Sequence record: DRR378314_1069
Length of the DNA stretch: 64,000 nt
Strand: one strand, 5' to 3'
Shown here: one piece after another, positions 29,513 to 40,055 of the stretch
Numbering within the stretch: the first letter of the stretch is position 1
Layout of the letters: every line of letters starts with the position of its first letter
Program-made: the position numbers and the translations under genes
The notes under the pieces: generated by a model
Told to the model about the DNA's origin: nothing
The model's input: only the letters and a program-made list of their open reading frames with translations
Database searches by the model: none

Positions 29513-30664
29513 ATGACAGAAGACTTTATCATCAGAACCGTAGAGAAAATTCAGGAAGTTCCCCCCCAAATTTGGAATGGTTTGCGGGCAGATGATCATC
29601 CGTTTGTCAGCCATGAATTTCTATCGGCGTTGGAAGAGAGCAGCTCCGCCACAGCGGAGGCTGGCTGGCTCCCCATGCATTTAGTTTTGGAGCAGTCCGG
29701 CGAAATAATTGCGGTTGCCCCCATGTATCTTAAAGGACATTCACAGGGTGAGTATGTGTTCGATCACAGCTGGGCCGATGCTTATGAGCGCGCGGGTGGA
29801 CGTTACTATCCAAAACTGCAGCTTGCCGTCCCCTTCTCCCCGGTGACAGGCCCTCGATTTCTGGTTGGAACTGGAACTGAGGAAGAACTGACACACCGAA
29901 AATCACTATTGGCGCAAGGGGCAAAACAGATCGCGGCCAAATATGGTCTCTCTTCCGTTCATGCAACTTTTCTGCGTGATGAAGACCTTAAACCTTTCAT
30001 GGATCAGGATTATCTTTTACGCGTTGGTGAACAATTTCATTGGATTAATGATAGCTATCAAAATTTTGATGAGTTTCTAAGCGCACTCTCTTCGCGTAAG
30101 CGCAAGGCAATTCGTAAAGAACGCCAGCCGCAGAATTTTTCAGACCTGACTTTTGAAACCCTGACTGGCGCGGAAATCACGTCTGAGCATTGGGATGCGT
30201 TTTATGAATTCTATATCGACACGGGCAATCGCAAATGGGGCATACCGTACCTGAATAAAGAATTTTTCAATATTCTGGGGACTTCATTAGGATCTCAAAT
30301 CGTCCTGATGATGGTGAAGCGAAATGGACGCTACATTGCGGGTGCGCTTAATCTGGTCAGTCAGGAATGCCTTTATGGTCGATATTGGGGCTGCAACGAG
30401 GACCACCGTTTTCTTCATTTCGAGACCTGCTATTATCGGGCCATCGATTATGCCATCGAGCATAACCTCAAGCGGGTTGAAGCAGGTGCCCAAGGCCCCC
30501 ATAAACTGGCGCGGGGATATCTGCCGACAAAAACATATTCTGCCCACTGGATGCAGGATCCTGGATTTCATGACGCCATCAGCGATTTCCTGCAGCGAGA
30601 AACGCGCCATATGGACGCAGAACTTGACTATTTGGGCAAGCTGTCCCCTTTCAAGAAAAGCTGA
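29513..30664 (+). CDS. DUF482 / FemAB-like double-GNAT protein
   Basis: KGHSQGEYVFDHSWADA, YYPKL..VPFSPVTG, LYGRYWG and EAGAQGPHKLARGY motifs. Confidence 0.88.
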   Translation: MTEDFIIRTVEKIQEVPPQIWNGLRADDHPFVSHEFLSALEESSSATAEAGWLPMHLVLEQSGEIIAVAPMYLKGHSQGEYVFDHSWADAYERAGGRYYPKLQLAVPFSPVTGPRFLVGTGTEEELTHRKSLLAQGAKQIAAKYGLSSVHATFLRDEDLKPFMDQDYLLRVGEQFHWINDSYQNFDEFLSALSSRKRKAIRKERQPQNFSDLTFETLTGAEITSEHWDAFYEFYIDTGNRKWGIPYLNKEFFNILGTSLGSQIVLMMVKRNGRYIAGALNLVSQECLYGRYWGCNEDHRFLHFETCYYRAIDYAIEHNLKRVEAGAQGPHKLARGYLPTKTYSAHWMQDPGFHDAISDFLQRETRHMDAELDYLGKLSPFKKS

Positions 30665-30738
30665 TGCAAATATAGAGATCCACGCACCTTTGCAGTTTGA
30701 TTGCACATTCTTCTACTTTAGGGTATTATTGGATCAAA

Positions 30739-30756
30739 CCTTACGTTTACGTAAAG
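30739..30756. promoter_or_regulatory. LiuR (MerR-family) operator
   Basis: CCTTACGTTTACGTAAAG has one mismatch to the consensus STTTACGTWWACGTAAAS and lies 40 bp upstream of the ATG at 30796. Confidence 0.75.
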
Positions 30757-30795
30757 GTAAAGAATAAAACTAAAGCTGGGAAGGGAACTCAAAAT

Positions 30796-31899
30796 ATGGC
30801 CAATCACATCACGCAGGATCCGATCTACAAGGCAGTCGCCCCAACGGATTTTCCGGCAATGCTACAAGCCGACCGATATACGAACCGGACCGATGCCTTC
30901 GATAAAATTATCTCTGCCACCCATGATCATTTCTGGGATCCGCTGGATGACGCCTATATTGATTTTTCAACCCCCTTCGATATGGAAAACGAATTGATCA
31001 TGCCCCGGGAAACGATCCCGGAACTTCAAAGTGCCGTTGCTGATAAGCTGGATGAAAAACAACAAATCAAGCTTGCCAATGAAAGCGTCCGCTGGGGCAT
31101 TTCCGGCATTCTGCATGGGGAACAAGGCGCGCTCTCCCTCAGTGCCAGCTTATGTCATATTCTATTGGATCCCGGTGCCCAGGAATATGCGACCAATCAA
31201 ACTCGTGAAGAAGCCCGCCACGTGACCGCCTACAGCCGCTACATTCAGGTTCGTTGGGGTAGCCCCTACCCAGTTGGAGAGCAGTTAGGCGACCTATTGA
31301 AGGAACTGGTTGCAGCCGAAGAAGTTTACAAAAAGCTGGTCGGTATGCAGATGCTTGTTGAAGGACTGGCCATGGGCGCTTTTGCAGGTTTTCATTCAAA
31401 AACCAACGATCCGCTTTTGAAACGGCTGACCCAACTGGTTATGACGGATGAAGCATTCCATCATAAATTTGGAAAAATCTGGGCTGATAAAACCATCCCG
31501 AGCCTATCTGAAAAAGAGCATAACATCGTAGAAGACTGGGCGGCCCAGTGCTTTGAAAAGCTCCTCTTTAACCTGATGAACATCCGTCAGAAACGGGTAA
31601 TCTATGAACAGTTCGGCTTAGACTGGGAATGGGTACGCGATGCCTGCCGCGAAGTGTTTACCGACGCTGACCGGCGGGATTCCTTAAAAGAATCCACCAA
31701 TATCTTCCGCGTTCTGGTGAAGACCCTGCTCAATGCTGGTATCATTACAGATCGCACCCGCCCGCTATATTCTCATTGGATGGACATGGATGAAATCGAT
31801 GGAGAGAGCGAAGATATGATCGGGTATGCGATTGCCGATGAAGGCATCGAATATTTGAAATCGATAAATCAGAACCGAAGAGTCATCGGACAGAAATAA
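30796..31899 (+). CDS. Ferritin-like diiron protein (AurF/diiron oxygenase-like)
   Basis: E(HGEQGA)...EEARH...E(VEGLA)...DEAFH, i.e. E-ExxH-E-ExxH; GGGAAGGG Shine-Dalgarno before ATG 30796. Confidence 0.8.
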   Translation: MANHITQDPIYKAVAPTDFPAMLQADRYTNRTDAFDKIISATHDHFWDPLDDAYIDFSTPFDMENELIMPRETIPELQSAVADKLDEKQQIKLANESVRWGISGILHGEQGALSLSASLCHILLDPGAQEYATNQTREEARHVTAYSRYIQVRWGSPYPVGEQLGDLLKELVAAEEVYKKLVGMQMLVEGLAMGAFAGFHSKTNDPLLKRLTQLVMTDEAFHHKFGKIWADKTIPSLSEKEHNIVEDWAAQCFEKLLFNLMNIRQKRVIYEQFGLDWEWVRDACREVFTDADRRDSLKESTNIFRVLVKTLLNAGIITDRTRPLYSHWMDMDEIDGESEDMIGYAIADEGIEYLKSINQNRRVIGQK

Positions 31900-31900
31900 C

Positions 31901-31935
31901 AAGAAGGGCGCCCTGAAGGCGCCCTCCTTTTCTTT
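31901..31935. terminator. Bidirectional intrinsic terminator between the diiron gene and clpA
   Basis: AGGGCGCC-CTGAA-GGCGCCCT, T-rich on the right and A-rich on the left. Confidence 0.75.
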
Positions 31936-31946
31936 AAAGACAACAA

Positions 31947-34316
31947 TCAGGCTTTCTGATTATCTGTTTTCGGATCTTTTTTCTTACCCGCTTTTTTGCG
32001 CTCAACCTTATCGCGGCGGCTGACCTCTTCCATACTTTCGATGGTAAAGGACAACTCACCCTTCTTAAGGCCGATATTCACATGGCCACCCTTGGCAAGC
32101 TTGCCAAAGAGAAGCTCTTCGGAAAGGGGTTTCTTAATCGTTTCCTGGATAACCCGGCCCAATGGCCGTGCACCGTTCAACTGATCATATCCTTTTTCAG
32201 CAAGCCAGGTTGCGGCTGCGTCTGTAAGCGATAAGGTCACATTGCGATCCTGAAGCTGCGTTTCAAGTTGCAAGATAAATTTCTCAACAACCCGGGTGAC
32301 AACTTCCGCAGGAAGCGGACCAAACGGTACAACAGCGTCCAAGCGATTTCGAAACTCCGGCGTAAAGAGACGCTTGATCGCTTCTTCATCCTCACCATGA
32401 CGAACACCACTGCCAAACCCTATGGCCTGTTTGCTCATTTCCTGAGCGCCAGCATTGGTTGTCATGATCAGAACCACGTTTCTGAAATCTATTTTCTTAC
32501 CGTTATGGTCAGTCAGTTTCCCGTGATCCATGACTTGCAACAGGATATTAAAAAGATCCGGATGGGCTTTTTCAATTTCGTCCAGCAACAGCACGGCATG
32601 TGGCTGCTGGTCAATTGCGTCCGTCAGCAATCCGCCCTGATCATATCCAACATAACCCGGGGGCGCACCGATCAGGCGGCTGACCGTATGTCGTTCCATA
32701 TATTCGGACATATCAAAACGAACCAGCTCAACCCCAAGAATGGAAGCCAGTTGACGGGCGACCTCTGTTTTACCAACGCCTGTTGGGCCAGAGAACAGGT
32801 AGTTGCCAATCGGCTTTTCAGGTTCCCGAAGGCCTGCCCGCGCCAATTTGATCGAACTTGCCAAGGCATCAATGGCTTGATCCTGACCAAAGACAACCCG
32901 CTTCAGCTCTATATCCAGTTTCCGCAAACTTTCAGTATCTTCTTTACTCACGGATTTAGGTGGAATTCTGGCGATCTTGGCTACGATGTCTTCGACATCC
33001 TTAACCCCGATTGTCTTTTTCCGCTTGCTTTCCGGACGGAGCATCTGGGCCGCGCCAACCTCGTCGATCACATCAATCGCTTTGTCCGGTAATTTCCGAT
33101 CATTGATATAACGCGCCGACAGTTCCACCGCTGTTTTCAATGCATCAGCGGTATAGCGAATTTTATGATGCTCTTCAAAATACGGCTTCAAACCTTTCAG
33201 GATTTTGATGGCATCAGGAACACTTGGCTCATACACATCAATTTTCTGGAACCGGCGTAACAACGCACGATCTTTTTCAAAATGGCTCCGATATTCCTTG
33301 TAGGTTGTTGATCCGATACAGCGGATTGCACCACTAGCCAAGGCCGGCTTCAACAGGTTAGACGCATCCATGGCACCGCCACTGGTGGCACCGGCACCGA
33401 TGATTGTATGGATCTCATCAATAAAGAGAATGGCATCATCCATACCTTCCAGCTCTGTCATCACGGCTTTCAGGCGCTCTTCAAAATCGCCGCGATAGCG
33501 CGTTCCGGCCAGCAAAGTCCCCATATCCAGTGAATAAATCACGCCTGCCAAGAGCACTTCTGGGACATCACCATCGACAATGCGTTTGGCCAGCCCTTCG
33601 GCAATGGCGGTTTTTCCAACACCGGGATCCCCTACCAACAGGGGATTGTTTTTAGATCGCCGACACAGAATTTGAATTGTGCGCTCAACCTCGGCCTGAC
33701 GACCGATCAAAGGATCGATCTTACCACGGCTCGCTTTTTCATTAAGATTTACGCAATAAGCATCAAGCGCCTCTGAGGCCTCAGCGGGTCCCTTCTCTTC
33801 TTCCTCTGCACTTTTATGTGTTTCAGATTTGAACTGACCATCAACACCTCGAACAACCCGTGGTATATCTTTACCCGGCGCTTTTGCAACGCCGTGACTG
33901 ATATATTGGACTGCATCAAGCCGGGTCATTTCCTGTTTCTGCAGGAAGTAAGCAGCATGACTTTCCCGTTCTGAGAAAATGGCAACGAGAACATTGGCGC
34001 CCGTTACCTCTTCGCGACCGGAGCTTTCAGTGTGGATTAACGCTCTTTGCACCACCCGCTGGAACGAGAGGGTTGGCCGCGCTTCCACAAACCGGTCCAT
34101 AACCAGATCATCCAACTCCTCGGAGATGAAATCATCCAGGTCTTTGCGAAGGACATCCAGATCCACATTGCACGCACGCATGACTGCAGCGGCATCCTGA
34201 TCTTCTGTTAAAGAGTAAAGAAGGTGCTCCAGCATCGCAAATTCATGGCGACGGGACGTCGCCAGAGCCATAGCGCGGTGCAAGCTTTCTTCGAGGGCAT
34301 TTGAAAATCCGGGCAC
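31947..34316 (-). CDS. clpA: ATP-dependent Clp protease ATP-binding subunit ClpA
   Basis: Two AAA+ modules ([16 protein letters not shown]) and an IGF loop; the GTG start overlaps the clpS stop (TAGTG). Confidence 0.97.
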   Translation of the reverse strand: MPGFSNALEESLHRAMALATSRRHEFAMLEHLLYSLTEDQDAAAVMRACNVDLDVLRKDLDDFISEELDDLVMDRFVEARPTLSFQRVVQRALIHTESSGREEVTGANVLVAIFSERESHAAYFLQKQEMTRLDAVQYISHGVAKAPGKDIPRVVRGVDGQFKSETHKSAEEEEKGPAEASEALDAYCVNLNEKASRGKIDPLIGRQAEVERTIQILCRRSKNNPLLVGDPGVGKTAIAEGLAKRIVDGDVPEVLLAGVIYSLDMGTLLAGTRYRGDFEERLKAVMTELEGMDDAILFIDEIHTIIGAGATSGGAMDASNLLKPALASGAIRCIGSTTYKEYRSHFEKDRALLRRFQKIDVYEPSVPDAIKILKGLKPYFEEHHKIRYTADALKTAVELSARYINDRKLPDKAIDVIDEVGAAQMLRPESKRKKTIGVKDVEDIVAKIARIPPKSVSKEDTESLRKLDIELKRVVFGQDQAIDALASSIKLARAGLREPEKPIGNYLFSGPTGVGKTEVARQLASILGVELVRFDMSEYMERHTVSRLIGAPPGYVGYDQGGLLTDAIDQQPHAVLLLDEIEKAHPDLFNILLQVMDHGKLTDHNGKKIDFRNVVLIMTTNAGAQEMSKQAIGFGSGVRHGEDEEAIKRLFTPEFRNRLDAVVPFGPLPAEVVTRVVEKFILQLETQLQDRNVTLSLTDAAATWLAEKGYDQLNGARPLGRVIQETIKKPLSEELLFGKLAKGGHVNIGLKKGELSFTIESMEEVSRRDKVERKKAGKKKDPKTDNQKA

Positions 34317-34648
34317 TATTCTTTCTCCATTGTACATTGCAAAGGATGCTGGTTGCTTCGAGCATACTCGATCACCTGCGCGACTTTTGTTTCGGCAACT
34401 TCATAGGTAAAAGTACCGCAAACACCGACCCCTTTGTGATGCACATGCAGCATCACCTGAGCCGCCATTTGTTCATCCATCCCAAAGAAACTTTGTAGGA
34501 TGTGAACGACAAACTCCATAGGTGTATAGTCATCATTCAGCAGAACCACGCGCCAAAGAGATGGCTTTTTCGGCTTTGTCCGAGTTGCGACCCCAACACC
34601 TATATTGGTATCCGAGTCCCCAATCTTCTTATCGTTACCTGTAATCAT
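34316..34648 (-). CDS. clpS: N-degron adaptor ClpS
   Basis: [19 protein letters not shown] and HPLQCTME motifs. Confidence 0.97.
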   Translation of the reverse strand: MITGNDKKIGDSDTNIGVGVATRTKPKKPSLWRVVLLNDDYTPMEFVVHILQSFFGMDEQMAAQVMLHVHHKGVGVCGTFTYEVAETKVAQVIEYARSNQHPLQCTMEKE

Positions 34649-34838
34649 CTTTGTCCGAAACCGTTTAATTCAAACGTAAAAAACTTTACCCAACTGTCCG
34701 CGAACGGACAAAACGCCCCCTCTATACATAGTTAGAGATCATAGCAGGAAATTCAAAAAAAATGATAAACAGTCGTGATTTTTTTACAAAAATTTTTATT
34801 AGTGGCCTCTTCTCTCTTGAAATCAGGCCCGGAAAACT

Positions 34839-34864
34839 AAAAAGCCCGGCTGAAAAGCCGGGCT
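34839..34864 (-). terminator. Intrinsic terminator of the phasin gene
   Basis: The minus strand reads AGCCCGGCT-TTTC-AGCCGGGCT-TTTT. Confidence 0.85.
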
Positions 34865-34902
34865 GATTAGAACGCTACTTTGGTTTACTATTCCATATTA
34901 CC

Positions 34903-35493
34903 TTACGCGCGGTTCAGGAACTTATCCATACTGGTTGCATAGTTTGCACCAAATGGTTCCATCATTGTTTTAGAAGCATCCACGAACATGGCGTTCAATT
35001 TGGAAACTTCACTCACAAATGTTTCGACTGACTCGCGGGCGAATTCTGTCTGAAGCTCAATTGCTTTTTGAACATCTTCGGCTTCGATTACAGAGCGGGT
35101 TGCTGCAAAATATGCGTCTATCCGGTCTGAACCAAATTCAATCAGTTCAACACTAATTTTCTCACCTTTATCGACAACTGCTGAACCTGCTTTCAGGAAA
35201 GGCTCTGCACTTTCTTTGTCATACATTGGTGTATCAGCAAGTGTCTGAGTTGCTTTTTCAACTTGGGCCTTGCTATCTTTGATCGCTTTTTCAAAAGAAG
35301 TTTTAAAAGCGTCGCTGCCGGACTTGTAGGCATTTTCTGCCATGTCTGCACTTGTCAAAAATGCATCCTGAAGGCTTTTCTTGCCAGTCGACATCGCTGT
35401 TTCAAATTCTTTAGTTACAAATGGGTTTTCAAGTGTTTCAGCTTTGGAACCGTTTGTTGCCTTGGCTGAAGTTTTTGCTTTTGTAGTGCTCAT
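34903..35493 (-). CDS. Phasin family (PHA granule) protein
   Basis: Ala/Lys-rich helical protein with AIELQTEFARE pattern, in the usual position next to clpS. PhaR-like boxes lie upstream and AAAGGGA precedes ATG 35493. Confidence 0.78.
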   Translation of the reverse strand: MSTTKAKTSAKATNGSKAETLENPFVTKEFETAMSTGKKSLQDAFLTSADMAENAYKSGSDAFKTSFEKAIKDSKAQVEKATQTLADTPMYDKESAEPFLKAGSAVVDKGEKISVELIEFGSDRIDAYFAATRSVIEAEDVQKAIELQTEFARESVETFVSEVSKLNAMFVDASKTMMEPFGANYATSMDKFLNRA

Positions 35494-35524
35494 TGGGGTC
35501 CCTTTCGAGAATAGTATTCCAAAA

Positions 35525-35598
35525 ATGCTGCATCGCAACATCAGCCTCTAATATATTCATCATTCCTAACTTGTCAACAGTTTTTGTGCACTGCACAA
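35525..35598 (-). promoter_or_regulatory. Phasin sigma70 promoter flanked by two PhaR-like boxes
   Basis: ATGCTGCATCGCAACAT (35525-35541) and TTGTGCACTGCACAA (35584-35598) flank minus-strand TTGACA(35577)-N16-TATATT. Confidence 0.7.
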
Positions 35599-35948
35599 TA
35601 ATAGTTGAATTTTTGGCAAGCCATTGAATTAATTATATAATTTTTTCAGAGAAGAAACATAAGTCCAGAAAAGTGCATTTATTATTTGCAGATTTGCTCA
35701 GCCAGGTGCCAAAAAAAGCGGCGAATTGACTTACTCTTTTTTAACCAAGTTATATTAGCATGTTTATGAAACCGATTTAGAGGGTTCTAAATAGTTAAAA
35801 TTAAAAATGTCACTTATCGGACAGATTTTAATAAGATTTTTTTATTTTTGGTGGACATGATTCGCACGTTTTCATAGAGTGAGTTTCACAGCTTCATATT
35901 GCGTTGCGTCAGACATCAAGAAAAGTTCAATGTAGATTGAGAGTGCAA

Positions 35949-37289
35949 TTGATTGAGTCTCTGGTTAAAGGCCTGAAATTAACGGCCATAAACACTGAAG
36001 TTTCTCTTCGGCCTGCCCTATTGATTAGGCAGACATTAGCTCTTTCCCTTCTCTTATTGGTGACGTTTATTGGACTGTCTGGCTTTGCATCGAAAGCAGA
36101 AGCCCGTTATGCGGCTATTGTCATGGACAGTCGTACCGGCCAAGTGCTCTTTGCCCGTAACGCAGACAAACGGCTTTATCCTGCCTCCCTGACGAAAATC
36201 ATGACTCTATATATGACTTTCGAAGCCCTTAAGACTGGCAAGCTCACACTTAACCAACGCTTACCGGTATCCGCCAGGGCCGCAGGTCAAACACCAACCA
36301 AGCTCGGACTGAAACGCGGCTCATCCATAGCCGTTCGGGACGCGATGTTCGGCTTAATCACGAAGTCTGCGAATGATGCCGCGACAGTACTGGCGGAGGC
36401 AATGGCCCCGACCGAAGCGGCGTTTGCCCGCCTGATGACAGACAAGGCACATAAGCTTGGTATGAGCCGGACAAGTTTTCGTAATGCCAGTGGCCTGCCA
36501 AACCGCCGTCAAAAAAGCACCGCCCGCGACATGGCCATTTTAGGCGCTGCCGTCATTCATGATTTCCCCGGATATTACGATTATTTGTCCTTACAGAAAT
36601 TTGATTACAAAGGTCGGACCTACAAGAACCATAACAATCTGCTGGGTAAATATTCCGGTGCAGACGGGATCAAAACTGGCTATATTCGGGCGTCCGGGTT
36701 TAACCTTGTTGCCTCTGCAAAGCGGGGCGGAAATCGCCTGATTGGCGTTGTGTTTGGTGGCAGATCCGCCAAAAGCCGGGATCTGCATATGACCAAACTT
36801 CTGGACCGCGGGTTTGAAAGAATGGATAATATGCGTCCGTTTGAAATTCCTTTACCGCATCAGCGTCCGCCGCAAATTGCCCTCGGCACACCACACAAAA
36901 ACGCTACATCGCTAGAACCTGTGAAGGTTGCAACGGTAGCGCCGGCCCCTAAAGTCGCTGCGACATCAGTCACGCCGCCAACCCCACCGACCTTACCGCA
37001 AGTGGACAAGGAAGCGAATTGGGGCATTCAAATTGGTGCCTTCTCTCGCCCCAGTAAAGCCCGTGACCTATTAGACATGGCGACCAGCCGAATTGGCACC
37101 CTGCTAACCGACACGCGTTACCACATTCAAAAAGTTGTTCACAAGGGTACACCGGTTTACCGCGCACAAATGCTCGGCTTTAATGAAGGAAACGCACGTA
37201 GAGCCTGCCAAAGCCTCATGCGGCAAAGCATGTCCTGCTTCATTGTCACGCCCGACAACGGAAACCTGATGCGCGTCGCTCAGAATTAA
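35949..37289 (+). CDS. D-alanyl-D-alanine carboxypeptidase (S11) with C-terminal SPOR-like domain
   Basis: PASLTK (SxxK), SAND (SxN), KTG, a Pro-rich linker and WGIQIGAF. Start codon uncertain (TTG). Confidence 0.9.
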   Translation: MIESLVKGLKLTAINTEVSLRPALLIRQTLALSLLLLVTFIGLSGFASKAEARYAAIVMDSRTGQVLFARNADKRLYPASLTKIMTLYMTFEALKTGKLTLNQRLPVSARAAGQTPTKLGLKRGSSIAVRDAMFGLITKSANDAATVLAEAMAPTEAAFARLMTDKAHKLGMSRTSFRNASGLPNRRQKSTARDMAILGAAVIHDFPGYYDYLSLQKFDYKGRTYKNHNNLLGKYSGADGIKTGYIRASGFNLVASAKRGGNRLIGVVFGGRSAKSRDLHMTKLLDRGFERMDNMRPFEIPLPHQRPPQIALGTPHKNATSLEPVKVATVAPAPKVAATSVTPPTPPTLPQVDKEANWGIQIGAFSRPSKARDLLDMATSRIGTLLTDTRYHIQKVVHKGTPVYRAQMLGFNEGNARRACQSLMRQSMSCFIVTPDNGNLMRVAQN

Positions 37290-37510
37290 ATCTCAAGGCG
37301 ACGGCTCAGCCTCATTCAGCATCGAGTATTTTCTGCACCCGAACACATTCAAACCAACATAATGGCCGATCTACGCATCCCCTATCGGAGCCTTCGGCAC
37401 CCACGCCAGACCCGTGGCTAGTGACGGCAACCGCTCTCCAAAAACTTTTCTCTCTGGCCTTATATATTTCACTAAGGCGTCCTCGCTCCCAACAAATGAT
37501 CGATTTTTAA

Positions 37511-37549
37511 TTGACATTATCTCTATATATACGTAGTTACGTATTTATG
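37511..37549 (+). promoter_or_regulatory. sigma70 promoter with a 12-2-12 ArsR-type operator overlapping the -10 and the ATG
   Basis: TTGACA(37511)-N17-TAGTTA; TATATATACGTA-GT-TACGTATTTATG (37524-37549) is 10/12 inverted. Confidence 0.75.
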
Positions 37550-37852
37550 AATATTGAAGATATGAAAAAATCTGCATCGCGAGCCAGCGCACTGATGAAA
37601 GCCTTGTCCAGTGAAACCCGGCTTATGCTGCTATGCCAACTGAGTGAACAGGAAAGATCAGTGAACGAATTGGCAATAGGGCTGGAGGCTCGTCCCTCCT
37701 CCATTTCACAGCAGCTTTCTTTGCTGCGAAAAGATGGGTTGGTTAAAACGCGTAGGGACGGACAGACAATTTATTATTCCCTAGATGGCGAAGAGGCCCA
37801 GCAGATTATTTCAACCCTCTACGGGCTCTATTGTCAGGATGAAATTTCATGA
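37547..37852 (+). CDS. ArsR-family persulfide-sensing repressor (BigR/SqrR-like)
   Basis: RLMLLCQL...SQQLSLLR..GLVKTRRDGQTIYY...LYC, including the two diagnostic Cys. Confidence 0.85.
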   Translation: MNIEDMKKSASRASALMKALSSETRLMLLCQLSEQERSVNELAIGLEARPSSISQQLSLLRKDGLVKTRRDGQTIYYSLDGEEAQQIISTLYGLYCQDEIS

Positions 37853-39609
37853 TCCTCCAAATAGAGCGGCTTATTCCTGCAACGGCTTGGCTCAAAACCT
37901 ATAATCAACAAACCTTCGGCGGTGATCTGACAGCGGGTATAATCACGGCCATTCTGTTGATCCCCCAAGCAATGGCTTATTCCGCGCTTGCAGGGCTACC
38001 GCCGGAAATAGGTCTTTATGCCAGCATCGTACCACCGATTATGTATGCGTTTTTTGGCAGCAGTCGGACCCTTGCCGTCGGCCCGGTTGCTGTGGCCTCC
38101 CTAATGGTGGCATATGCCCTCTCTTCAATTGCAGCGCAGGGTACCGCTGAATATCTTGCCGCTGCCATCACCTTGTCAGTCATGGTTGGTCTGTGCTTCT
38201 TGATAATTGGTGTTCTGCGCTTGGGTCTGTTGACCGAATTTCTCAGCCATCCCGTGATGGCCGGCTTTACCAGTGCTGCAGCGTTATTGATTGCGTTTAG
38301 CCAATTAACACCCTTTGGTGGCTTTGAGGTCAAACTGAACTACATCGATTTTTTGCCACAGAATTTTAAAAGCAACATCTGGGCACCACTAAACGGAACC
38401 ACCCTAACCATTGGCGTGTTCAGCCTGGCTCTCCTCTATTTCGCTCGGAAGTATTTTGTCTTGGTGTTAGAGCGGATCGATTTTCTGAGCAACCTTGCAA
38501 CAGGACTATCCAAAACCGGTCCCCTTCTGGTCCTGACTGTCACCACTTTCATTGTCTATGGTTTCAATTTAACGGACGGAGACAATGTGCAGGTGATCGG
38601 AGCCATTCCACAAGGATTACCAGATCTACAGTCGGTTAGTTTCGATCTTGGTCTTTTTCAACAATTAGCCCCGTCAGCGATTTTAATTACAATCATCAGC
38701 TATGTAGAAAGCGTCGCGATCGCAAAGGTGTTAGCCAATAAAAAGCGTCAGAAACTGGATGTAAACCAAGAAGCCTGGGGACTTGGTTTTGCCAATCTGG
38801 GAAGCGGATTTACCGGTGGCAGCCCAGTATGTGGCGGTTTCAGCCGCTCGGTCGTAAATCACGCCGCGGGTGCCAATACCCAAATGGCCGCCATCATAAC
38901 CGCTTGCTTGATCGGTTTGACATTGGCTTTCTTCACCCCGCTTTTTTACTACATCCCCAAAACAGTTTTAGCGGCAATTATTCTGGTCGCAATCCTGGAG
39001 CTCGTTGACATCAAAGGGTTTATAAAAAACCTCCGCTATGATCGCGCCGACGGAATTGCCGAAGGCAGCACATTTCTTGCCGTACTCTTTTTCGGCATTG
39101 AAACCGGCCTCATCGTTGGAATCTCTATCTCCCTTATTCTCCATTTTTGGCGATCCAGCCGCCCCCATATTGCCATCGTCGGTCAGGTCGGGGACACTGA
39201 GCATTTTCGCAACATCAATCGGCACAAGGTGAAAGTCTATCCTCATCTATTGGCGATCCGCATTGATGAAAGCCTGTTCTTTGCCAACGCGAGTTATCTT
39301 GAAAATTTCATTCTCAACAAGGTTGCCAGCCAAACCCAGATCACAGATGTCCTGCTGATTTGCAGCGCTGTGAATTCAATTGATGGCAGCGCGCTTCATA
39401 CACTTGAGCAGCTAAAAGAAGAGCTGAAAGAGAACAACATCGATTTACATTTCACCGAAGTCAAAGGCCCTGTGATGGATCGGCTGGCGACCTCACACCT
39501 CTTCAATTCAGAGAACTCTCCGCCAGTGTTTTTAAGCACTTTTGAAGCGTTCAAAGTTTTGTCCCAAAAAGGGAACCCCTTACTGAATGACCCGGAATGG
39601 AGTATTTAG
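37849..39609 (+). CDS. SulP family anion transporter with STAS domain
   Basis: PQAMAYS.LAGLP..GLY, GGFSRSVVN and RIDESLFFAN motifs. Confidence 0.93.
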   Translation: MILQIERLIPATAWLKTYNQQTFGGDLTAGIITAILLIPQAMAYSALAGLPPEIGLYASIVPPIMYAFFGSSRTLAVGPVAVASLMVAYALSSIAAQGTAEYLAAAITLSVMVGLCFLIIGVLRLGLLTEFLSHPVMAGFTSAAALLIAFSQLTPFGGFEVKLNYIDFLPQNFKSNIWAPLNGTTLTIGVFSLALLYFARKYFVLVLERIDFLSNLATGLSKTGPLLVLTVTTFIVYGFNLTDGDNVQVIGAIPQGLPDLQSVSFDLGLFQQLAPSAILITIISYVESVAIAKVLANKKRQKLDVNQEAWGLGFANLGSGFTGGSPVCGGFSRSVVNHAAGANTQMAAIITACLIGLTLAFFTPLFYYIPKTVLAAIILVAILELVDIKGFIKNLRYDRADGIAEGSTFLAVLFFGIETGLIVGISISLILHFWRSSRPHIAIVGQVGDTEHFRNINRHKVKVYPHLLAIRIDESLFFANASYLENFILNKVASQTQITDVLLICSAVNSIDGSALHTLEQLKEELKENNIDLHFTEVKGPVMDRLATSHLFNSENSPPVFLSTFEAFKVLSQKGNPLLNDPEWSI

Positions 39610-40053
39610 ATGGAAAATTTCACCCCTATTCTTTCGTTGGCTGGCGGACTGATACTCGGGATTTCAGCTACCCTTCTTTTGACCAGCGGACGCATCGCCG
39701 GCATCAGCGGCATCCTAGGTGGATTAGTTCCACAAGCCGCCCCTGATCTTGGCTGGCGGGTTTTATTTATTCTTGGCCTGATCGGCGGCGCTGTCCTCTT
39801 TCCGATCGCGGGTGGTGATATTTCCTATATCAACATCAATCCCTACAACTGGTCAGACAATGAACACTATATCGCGATGGTTGCTGGCGGCTTACTTGTG
39901 GGCCTTGGAACCAATATTGGGGCCGGCTGCACCAGCGGCCATGGTATTTGCGGATTAGGGCGCCTCTCGGTGCGTTCGCTTGTTGCAACTCTGACCTTTA
40001 TGGCTGTTGCCGTTGTCACAGTTTTTCTTATTCGAAACGTTGTAGGAGCCTGA
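39610..40053 (+). CDS. YeeE/YedE sulfur-compound transporter (PmpA/B-like half)
   Basis: GRIAGISG and GCTSGHGICG.GRLS.RS motifs. Confidence 0.88.
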   Translation: MENFTPILSLAGGLILGISATLLLTSGRIAGISGILGGLVPQAAPDLGWRVLFILGLIGGAVLFPIAGGDISYININPYNWSDNEHYIAMVAGGLLVGLGTNIGAGCTSGHGICGLGRLSVRSLVATLTFMAVAVVTVFLIRNVVGA

Positions 40054-40055
40054 TC

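Noticed and set aside
32268..33092. 274-aa plus-strand ORF
   Set aside because: It is an antisense shadow of clpA. The same applies to the many 60-195 aa ORFs nested in core genes (e.g. 12212-12796, 18162-18713, 27562-28083).
34730..34756. RpoH-like promoter (TTGAA-N16-CTAACT, minus strand) for clpS-clpA
   Set aside because: Plausible, but too degenerate in an AT-rich region to call.
37385..37445. Minus-strand GGAGAG...GCCGAAGG resembling a glycine riboswitch
   Set aside because: It lacks the downstream GCAA and CTCTCAGG elements, and there is no minus-strand gene downstream for it to regulate.
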